Source: an uncultured Streptococcus sp. | Lineage (GTDB): Bacteria > Bacillota > Bacilli > Lactobacillales > Streptococcaceae | Assembly (NCBI GenBank): GCA_963554405.1 | Contig: CAUVRI010000002.1 | Location: 27,319 to 91,318 of the forward strand | Reading direction: 5' to 3' | DNA length: 64,000 nt | Shown here: positions 56,511 to 64,000 of the stretch, in pieces | How the letters are laid out: every line of letters starts with the position of its first letter | Position numbering within the stretch: the first letter of the stretch is position 1 | Program-made: the position numbers and the translations under genes | Notes under the pieces: model-generated | What the model saw: only the letters and a program-made list of their open reading frames with translations | What the model was told of the DNA's origin: nothing | Database searches by the model: none

Positions 56511-57029
56511 ATGAATCAATTGAACCGGATATCCCTTGGGATTTCAGCTACTATTTTTACCATTATCGGTATTGTCTTGTTTATCAATCCAATTGAGCAC
56601 ATCGGCTCGTTTAGCTGGTTGATATCTTGTGGCTTCTTTTTAATCTCCCTTTCGCGTTTTTCACGCTATTACCGATTGCGCCAAGCTGGTATCATTCAGC
56701 AACAACAGCTCTTTCACAGTATGGTCGCCTTGGTTTTTGCGGTCTACTTACTGCTCTATGGCTACAAAACCTTGCCGATTGTCTTTCCAGTTACCTTAGG
56801 AATTTGGCTCATTTACCGTTCGATTTTAAACTTCCGAAAAGCTAATTTCTACTCGAGAAAGGTTGAGGAACTATCCAAGCGTTATATTTTCTTTGCCTTG
56901 CTACAGCTCTTTATCGGATTGTTCTTAATCGTTAGTCCACTCTCGATAAGTGTCTTTCTATTAAATATTATTGGTTTGATTTTCCTCATTTTAGGATTTC
57001 AATCCTTTAGTCTCTTGTTAAAAAGTTAA
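56511..57029 (+). CDS. DUF308/HdeD-like membrane protein
   Basis: Six predicted TM segments. Confidence 0.7.
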   Translation: MNQLNRISLGISATIFTIIGIVLFINPIEHIGSFSWLISCGFFLISLSRFSRYYRLRQAGIIQQQQLFHSMVALVFAVYLLLYGYKTLPIVFPVTLGIWLIYRSILNFRKANFYSRKVEELSKRYIFFALLQLFIGLFLIVSPLSISVFLLNIIGLIFLILGFQSFSLLLKS

Positions 57030-57082
57030 GAAAAGTTACGTGCAAACCTTTGCGTTTGATAAAAAGTCTGATATAATAGATC

Positions 57083-57096
57083 TGTAAGTGTTTACA
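57083..57096. promoter_or_regulatory. cre-like site upstream of glcK
   Basis: TGTAAGTGTTTACA just downstream of a TG-a-TATAAT -10. Confidence 0.5.
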
Positions 57097-57115
57097 AGTT
57101 TGAAAGGAGTTACAG

Positions 57116-58075
57116 ATGTCTAAAAAAATTATTGGGATTGACCTTGGAGGAACTTCAATTAAGTTTGCCATTCTTACTTTGGATGGGGAAGTTCAAGAAA
57201 AATGGTCTATTAAAACAAATATCTTGGATGAAGGTAGCCATATCGTAGATGATATGATCGAATCCATCGCGCATCGTTTGAAAATGCTTGGGCTAGATGC
57301 TTCTGAGTTCCAAGGAATTGGAATGGGTTCACCTGGTGTGGTCGATCGTGAGAAGGGAACCGTTATCGGTGCCTACAACTTGAACTGGAAGACCCTTCAA
57401 CCAGTCAAAGAAAAGATCGAAAGTGCCCTTCATATTCCATTCTTTATCGATAATGATGCCAACGTTGCTGCTTTGGGTGAACGTTGGAAAGGAGCTGGTG
57501 AAAACCAACCAGATGTCGTCTTCATGACACTTGGTACAGGTGTCGGCGGTGGGATCGTCGCTGAGGGTCGTCTCTTGCATGGTGTACGTGGAGCTGCTGG
57601 GGAGCTTGGTCACATCACTGTTGACTTTGATGATCCAATCCAATGTACCTGTGGTAAAAAAGGCTGTCTTGAAACGGTTGCCTCAGCAACTGGTATCGTC
57701 AACTTGACTCGTCGTTACGCCGATGAGTACGAAGGGGACTCTCAATTGAAAGTCTTGATCGACAATGGAGAAGAAGTGACGGCTAAAACGGTCTTTGACC
57801 TGGCAAAAGAAGGTGATGCTCTTGCTTTGATCGTCTACAAGAACTTCTCACGTTACCTTGGACTTGCTGCAGCCAATATTGGTTCAACCTTGAACCCGTC
57901 TAAGATTGTTATCGGTGGTGGGGTTTCCGCTGCTGGAGACTTCCTCTTGGATGGTGTGCGCAAGGTCTTTGAAGAAAACTCATTCCCACAAGTGCGTGAA
58001 TCTACTCAATTGGCACTTGCTACTTTGGGAAATGACGCCGGTGTGATTGGTGCTGCATCCCTTGTATTACAATAA
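57116..58075 (+). CDS. glcK: ROK-family glucokinase
   Basis: GIDLGGT, NDANVAALGE, GELGH and CTCGKKGCLE. Confidence 0.95.
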   Translation: MSKKIIGIDLGGTSIKFAILTLDGEVQEKWSIKTNILDEGSHIVDDMIESIAHRLKMLGLDASEFQGIGMGSPGVVDREKGTVIGAYNLNWKTLQPVKEKIESALHIPFFIDNDANVAALGERWKGAGENQPDVVFMTLGTGVGGGIVAEGRLLHGVRGAAGELGHITVDFDDPIQCTCGKKGCLETVASATGIVNLTRRYADEYEGDSQLKVLIDNGEEVTAKTVFDLAKEGDALALIVYKNFSRYLGLAAANIGSTLNPSKIVIGGGVSAAGDFLLDGVRKVFEENSFPQVRESTQLALATLGNDAGVIGAASLVLQ

Positions 58076-58165
58076 GATGAAATGGAGATCTGGCTCGTGC
58101 TGGGATCTCCTTTTTTTCTGTCTCCTGTGATATAATGAAGACAAAACTGGATTCAAGGAGAGTAT

Positions 58166-59005
58166 ATGACAAAAGCAGATACAATTTTTAAAGAAAACAT
58201 TCGAAAAATCATGGAAGAAGGAGTCTGGTCAGAGCAGGCGCGTCCTAAATACAAGGATGGTAGAACGGCCAACTCTAAGTACATCACGGGAGCCTTTATG
58301 GAATTCGACCTCGCAAAAGGCGAGTTTCCTATCACCACCCTTCGTCCCATCGCGATTAAATCCGCCATCAAAGAGATGCTCTGGATCTACCAGGATCAGT
58401 CGAATAGCTTGGACCTTTTAGAAGACAAGTACAATGTCCACTACTGGAATGACTGGGAAGTGGGAGATAGCCGGACAATCGGTCAGCGCTATGGAGCTGT
58501 CGTCAAAAAGCATGACATTACGAATAAAATCCTCAACCAATTAGAAGCCAATCCTTGGAATCGCCGCAATATCATCTCGCTCTGGGATTATGATGCCTTT
58601 GAGGAGACCGACGGACTCTTGCCCTGTGCTTTTCAGACTATGTTTGACGTGCGGCGCGTGGATGGGGAGATTTACCTAGATGCAACCTTGACGCAGCGTT
58701 CGAATGATATGTTGGTGGCCCACCATATCAATGCCATGCAATATGTAGCTCTTCAGATGATGATTGCCAAGCACTTTGGCTGGAAGGTTGGGAAGTTCTT
58801 TTACTTCATTAATAACCTTCATATCTATGACAACCAATTTGAACAAGCAGAAGAATTGCTTCGTCGCGAGCCCTCTGATTGCCAACCGCACTTGGTCTTG
58901 AACGTGCCAGACGGAACCAATTTCTTTGATATCAAACCAGAAGATTTTGAACTGGTCGATTATGACCCAGTGAAGCCACAGTTGAAGTTTGATCTTGCGA
59001 TTTAG
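58166..59005 (+). CDS. thyA: Thymidylate synthase
   Basis: RRNI, LLPCA, QRSND and NLHIYDN. Confidence 0.97.
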   Translation: MTKADTIFKENIRKIMEEGVWSEQARPKYKDGRTANSKYITGAFMEFDLAKGEFPITTLRPIAIKSAIKEMLWIYQDQSNSLDLLEDKYNVHYWNDWEVGDSRTIGQRYGAVVKKHDITNKILNQLEANPWNRRNIISLWDYDAFEETDGLLPCAFQTMFDVRRVDGEIYLDATLTQRSNDMLVAHHINAMQYVALQMMIAKHFGWKVGKFFYFINNLHIYDNQFEQAEELLRREPSDCQPHLVLNVPDGTNFFDIKPEDFELVDYDPVKPQLKFDLAI

Positions 59006-59208
59006 TGATAAACCAAGGTTTTTTGATGCCCTGATCTATGAGTGAAATCCTTTTAGATTTAAAATAATTCTAGCTAAAAATTTTTACTCATTTTTGAGTC
59101 AAAACATTTTGAAAATCGTTCGGGTTTTGTTAAAATAGATAAGGTTTGGAAAAACTAAACAATTTTAAAAAGAATGTTAATTTATAGATAAATATGGAGG
59201 TCCATTAG

Positions 59209-62200
59209 ATGGGGAAAGACTTATTTAATGATCGTATTAGCAGATTCTCAATTCGTAAATTGAATGTGGGTGTTTGCTCAGTACTTTTGGGGACACTTGT
59301 CATGGTTGGTACAGCCGCAAGTGCAGCCGCAGAAGAAAAGACAGATACGACAAGTGAAAATGTAGCAACAGTTGCAACAGCGTCAGAAGCGTCCGCAACT
59401 TCAACAGCTACAGCAACTTCAGCAACATCAACAGCTGCAACGACATCTACTTATGATGCAAACGCAGCAATCACTGCACCAGAGACTTCAACTGCTGCAG
59501 TAACATCAACAGCACCTGCTTCAACTAGTGAAGCAAGTAGCACAAGCACAGCAGCTTCAGCAACATCAACTGCTGCAGCTACTTCTGAAACACCAAGCTT
59601 GGAAGCTACTACAACAGTAAACAAGGCAGGAGAAGCAGCTTCAACAACTGCAGATAAAAAAGAAGCAACAACTCTTTCAGCTGGACAAGGTGTAACAACT
59701 AACAATACAGTAGCAACAGAAGAGACAGCCCAAACTTCTGGTAAAAAACGTAGTCGTCGTGCTGTCGGTGACGCAAATGATCCAAACTTGATTGGGGATG
59801 ATGTTGTCGATGCAACTTCAACTCCAAAGGTAGAAAAACCAGGCTTTACAACAAATATCAAAGCTGCAGACTTGGCCAGCCAAATTTCTTGGTTAGACTT
59901 TGGCGATACAGCCAACTGGTCAGGGGCTACGACAACGTCAGATGGCAAACTTGCACTTCAAGTTGGTGCTACATATACTAAAGAAATTATGCCGGGCTAT
60001 GTGGTAACCATCAAGGTTAAGTCTTTGAAACCCTTCCAAGCGACAGAAATCTACAAAAAGCGGTTAGAAGAACGAGGAGCTACAGAAGCTGAAAAAGCTA
60101 CCTATGACCCCAATGCTAGAAATGGTTATGTGAATGGGAGTTCTGATAGGACTACCAAAGCTGCATTTGCTGCTGGTGAGGAAGCCAAAGTTATTGCTGA
60201 AGCTCAAAATCGCTGGACAGAAGTACGAACAGAAGGCATCAATACTGGTACTAAAAAAACAACCATCAGTTCCGACTTGAACGGCGGTAATATTGGGGTT
60301 CAGTTTGAAGTCTCCGCTACTTTCCGCGGGAAAGTAGTCAGACCAGCCGTTGTCATGGCAGATGGCGAGTCCGCTAACCCAGGTGAATTGGTACTGTTCA
60401 CCACCAACGGAGAAGGATGGCAACACATTGGTGAATGGTATAAGAATGGTGATAAGTCAACTAGAACTTATGCCCCACAAGATCTTACTTATTATTTTGA
60501 CCCAGCGAATAATTTTAGTTATCATAAACCAGTTCCGGTTGAAGGAATTGAAATTCGAAATTGGAATACACAACAACTTCGTGATTCCACGCAAGCGGGA
60601 CCAGACAAAAAAGCAGTTGCCTGGAAGTATTTCCAAAGTGCTGATCAAACAACTAGTGGACTTGGAACTGGTGTCTTTGGACCAAACGTATCGGCTAGTA
60701 AATTTGCTGTTCCTCTTGTTATGACAAAGGGGGCTTCTGAGATTGGTCTTTACATTGCTTCAGGTGGTAAACAGTCAGCTATGTTGGGCTTCTTCCCGCT
60801 TGATGAAGGGGATGCACCAGCTTCTTATGGGAAGGCTACCCACTCTATCGCAACGGTTGATGGGATAACAGGTAAAAAAGTCAACCAACCATATCTTGGT
60901 CACTTGAGTCCCGATATGGATGAAAACAATACCCTTGATTGGACGGGTGATGACAAGGCGACCACTGCGGATGAAGGCATCGACCAATTGCTTCCAGATG
61001 ATCTTAAAGGAAAAACCAATGAGTTGATCAAGATGGATCGTACAAGACCAGGAAATTATACGATTACTGTTGAAGCTCATACAGACGGGGCGCCTCAAGC
61101 CAATATTTATGGTTGGGTTGACTTTAACCAAAACGGTACCTTTGATGAAGACGAACGCTCTGATTTAGCAACCATTACCCAAGATGGAACGGCTACGTTA
61201 AGATTTACAAAGAGTAAAACCTATATTGATCCTAGCGTCAATGAATTAGGTGTTCGTGTCCGGATTGCTAAGGATGCTGATCAAATTGAAAGCCCGACAG
61301 GAATGGCCTTCTCAGGGGAAGTGGAGGACTTTAAGACTCAAATCACCCACCCACCAAAAGGGGAATTTAAAGAAACAACTGGCCTTCAAGGTGCGAAGCA
61401 AACTGCAACTGTAGCCTTTACCGCTCGTGGTTTGCAAGGCTATAGCCTAACTGAGCCAGCAAAAATTGATGAAACAGTAGCTCCACAAATGATAGATAAC
61501 CGTACAGGGCAAGTCGTTACACCTGGCGCAGATGGCTACTATGCTGTAGCTGGTCAAGGGAAGTACAAGATCACTCCAAACGGAACTTCTGTGGATGTTG
61601 AGTTCATTCCTGAAGATCACTTCTTAGGAACAGCGGATGGAATCTCTATCCGTCGTACAGACAGCAATGGCTATGATACAGGTTGGTCAACGAAATTCCC
61701 AGACGAAGAAGCCAATGTCGATACTGTCTTGAATACTATGGATGGTCTTTATATCCCAACTGTTACACCAACGGATATTGAAGGGGTAGATAAGACTTCG
61801 ACAGATGTCCAAGGTGCGACTCAAACTGGTACACCTACCTTTAACACAACTACAACGAATGCTAATGGCGAAAAGATTTCTGTCACTCCAAGCTTGGAAT
61901 ACCCTGCTAAATTGGTGGATCCAGCGACTGGTCAAGTAACCAATGCAACCTCTGTAACAGTAGCAGGTGAAGGAACATACAGCATTGATGATGCTACTGG
62001 TAAACTAACCTTTGTTCCAGAACCAGGATTCACAGGTACAGCTCAAGGTGTTACCGTATCCGTAACAGCACCTGTCGGAAGAGATAAAGACGGTACCGTC
62101 CGTGATGAATACCTTAAGACAGCAACCGCTAAGTACACACCAACTGTAACACCTATCACAGTGACTCCTACAGACAAGGTTTCTGAGGATGTTCAAAATG

Positions 62201-64000
62201 TTCCTCAAACTCAAACACCAACCTTTGATTTGAGTAACGATAAGACTGCTGAAATCACAAGCAAGAAATTGGTGGATCCAGCAACTGGTCAACCGACTGA
62301 TGAAACAACAGTAACAGTAGCAGGTGAAGGTACATATACAATCGATCCTACTACAGGAGCAGTGACCTTCACACCTGAAAAAGACTTTGTCGGAACTGCA
62401 ACTGGTGTGACCGTTCAAGCGACTGCAACGATTACCAATGCGAACGGTAAGACAGCAACCATCACATCTGATGCAACTTACACACCAACTGTTGTAGCGG
62501 CTGTTCCAACAGCAAGTCCTGCAACTTCAAAAGATATCCAAGGTGCGATTCAAACCGGTACACCAACCTTTGCAGGAAAAACTGTTCAAGTAAATGGTGA
62601 AGATAAAGAGATCACCATTAAAGAAAATAGCTATAAACTTTTGGATAAAGATGGCAACGAAGTAGCAACTACTCCAGCTTATGCTGCCGATGGTACTACT
62701 GAAATCGGTACCTACTCAATTGATCCAGCAACTGGTCAAGTGACCTTCACACCGACTGATAAATCTTACACTGGTGCAGTGACACCAGCCAAGGTTCAAG
62801 CGGAAAGTTCTAACGGCATCAAGGTGGATACAACTTACACACCTGAAATCGTTCCTGTCACACCGACAGCAACACCAGCTGAAACAGAAGATATCCAAGG
62901 TGCTACACAAACTGGTAAACCTGAATTCAAGGGTGGAACAGTGACTGTTGATGGTGTTGAGAAGACAGTTGCCATCAATGAAAATGTTCCAGCAACCTTC
63001 GATGATGGTTCAACTACGAAGACTGTAGATGGTGTAGGTACTTACACTGTAGCTGCAGATGGTACCGTAACCTTTGTTCCTGAAAAAACATTCATCGGTA
63101 CAGCACCAGCTGTAACTGTTGTTCGTGAAGACATGAACGGAACTAAGGCTTCAGCGACTTACACACCAACCGTAACACCAGTAACACCAACAGCAACACC
63201 AGCTGAAACAACAGGTGTTCAAGGTGCTACACAAACTGGTAAACCTGTATTCACTGAAGGCGACAGCCGTGTACCAATGAACGATGATGTTGCAGCAACC
63301 TTCGATGATGGATCTACTTCTAAGACAGTCGATGGCGTTGGTACTTATACAGTAGCTCCAGACGGAACTGTTACATTTGTTCCAGAACCAAGCTTTACTG
63401 GTACTGCACCAGCCGTAACCGTTGTTCGTGAAGACAAGAATGGAACCAAAGCATCTGCGACTTACACACCAACGGTTAACCCAGTCACTCTTACTCCAAC
63501 AAATAAAGTTTCTGAGGATATTCAAAATGTTCCTCAAACAGAGACTCCTACATTTGCATTGAGTGATGATGAAACTGCTCAAATTACAAGTAAGAAATTG
63601 ATTGACCCTGCAACAGGTCAACCAACCGATGAAACAACTGTAACAGTAGCAGGTGAAGGAACTTACACAATCGATCCTACTTCAGGAGCAGTAACCTTTA
63701 CTCCTGAAAAAGACTTTGTCGGAACTGCAACTGGCGTGAAAGTCCAAGCGACTGCAACAATTACCAATGCAGACGGTAAGACTTCAACTATCACTTCAGA
63801 TGCAAGTTATACACCAACAGTTGTAGCAGCTGTTCCAACAGCTAATCCAGCTACATCTAAAGATATCCAAGGTGCGACACAAACAGGAACACCAACCTTT
63901 GAAGGTGCAACTGTTCAAGTTAATGGTCAAGATAAAGCGATTACGATTAAAGATAATAGCTACACGCTTTTGGATAAGGATGGTAATGAAGTATCAAGCA
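59209..64000 (+). CDS. YSIRK-signal CshA-like fibrillar adhesin; runs off the window end
   Basis: MGKDLFNDRISRFSIRKLNVGVCSVLLG; Ser/Thr/Ala-rich region; GEVED motif (~61315); ~100-aa repeats (G.GTYTID..TG.VTFTP...F.G...YTPTV); absent from the ORF track because no stop lies in the window. Confidence 0.9.
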   Translation, partial: MGKDLFNDRISRFSIRKLNVGVCSVLLGTLVMVGTAASAAAEEKTDTTSENVATVATASEASATSTATATSATSTAATTSTYDANAAITAPETSTAAVTSTAPASTSEASSTSTAASATSTAAATSETPSLEATTTVNKAGEAASTTADKKEATTLSAGQGVTTNNTVATEETAQTSGKKRSRRAVGDANDPNLIGDDVVDATSTPKVEKPGFTTNIKAADLASQISWLDFGDTANWSGATTTSDGKLALQVGATYTKEIMPGYVVTIKVKSLKPFQATEIYKKRLEERGATEAEKATYDPNARNGYVNGSSDRTTKAAFAAGEEAKVIAEAQNRWTEVRTEGINTGTKKTTISSDLNGGNIGVQFEVSATFRGKVVRPAVVMADGESANPGELVLFTTNGEGWQHIGEWYKNGDKSTRTYAPQDLTYYFDPANNFSYHKPVPVEGIEIRNWNTQQLRDSTQAGPDKKAVAWKYFQSADQTTSGLGTGVFGPNVSASKFAVPLVMTKGASEIGLYIASGGKQSAMLGFFPLDEGDAPASYGKATHSIATVDGITGKKVNQPYLGHLSPDMDENNTLDWTGDDKATTADEGIDQLLPDDLKGKTNELIKMDRTRPGNYTITVEAHTDGAPQANIYGWVDFNQNGTFDEDERSDLATITQDGTATLRFTKSKTYIDPSVNELGVRVRIAKDADQIESPTGMAFSGEVEDFKTQITHPPKGEFKETTGLQGAKQTATVAFTARGLQGYSLTEPAKIDETVAPQMIDNRTGQVVTPGADGYYAVAGQGKYKITPNGTSVDVEFIPEDHFLGTADGISIRRTDSNGYDTGWSTKFPDEEANVDTVLNTMDGLYIPTVTPTDIEGVDKTSTDVQGATQTGTPTFNTTTTNANGEKISVTPSLEYPAKLVDPATGQVTNATSVTVAGEGTYSIDDATGKLTFVPEPGFTGTAQGVTVSVTAPVGRDKDGTVRDEYLKTATAKYTPTVTPITVTPTDKVSEDVQNVPQTQTPTFDLSNDKTAEITSKKLVDPATGQPTDETTVTVAGEGTYTIDPTTGAVTFTPEKDFVGTATGVTVQATATITNANGKTATITSDATYTPTVVAAVPTASPATSKDIQGAIQTGTPTFAGKTVQVNGEDKEITIKENSYKLLDKDGNEVATTPAYAADGTTEIGTYSIDPATGQVTFTPTDKSYTGAVTPAKVQAESSNGIKVDTTYTPEIVPVTPTATPAETEDIQGATQTGKPEFKGGTVTVDGVEKTVAINENVPATFDDGSTTKTVDGVGTYTVAADGTVTFVPEKTFIGTAPAVTVVREDMNGTKASATYTPTVTPVTPTATPAETTGVQGATQTGKPVFTEGDSRVPMNDDVAATFDDGSTSKTVDGVGTYTVAPDGTVTFVPEPSFTGTAPAVTVVREDKNGTKASATYTPTVNPVTLTPTNKVSEDIQNVPQTETPTFALSDDETAQITSKKLIDPATGQPTDETTVTVAGEGTYTIDPTSGAVTFTPEKDFVGTATGVKVQATATITNADGKTSTITSDASYTPTVVAAVPTANPATSKDIQGATQTGTPTFEGATVQVNGQDKAITIKDNSYTLLDKDGNEVSS

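Overview
Streptococcal chromosome window, probably from an oral/viridans-group species (inferred from gene content and order). It holds the 3' end of lepA, then an apparently intact ~38.9-kb siphovirus-type temperate prophage (~1164-40092), then housekeeping genes. The prophage modules run: integrase/immunity, replication-recombination, packaging, head, tail, lysis, post-lysis cargo. The host genes include rpsP-khpA-rimM-trmD, the fruRKA operon, degV-dapB-cca-ABC-F, glcK, thyA and the 5' part of a CshA-like fibrillar adhesin. The most notable prophage features are: (1) a ~580-nt, heavily base-paired non-coding RNA gene with its own promoter and terminator beside attR (ROOL-like by size and context; identity unverified); (2) a three-gene post-lysin cassette whose proteins carry matching N- and C-terminal motifs, suggesting a head-to-tail segmented fibre; (3) a MuF minor head protein with a C-terminal toxin-like extension plus a candidate immunity gene; (4) a 540-bp hairpin array with tRNA-like mini-elements and anti-Shine-Dalgarno-like loops; (5) an LPXTG adhesin inside the early operon; (6) small antisense RNA units at int and at the xis-like gene. 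All calls come from reading the sequence; no database searches were run.
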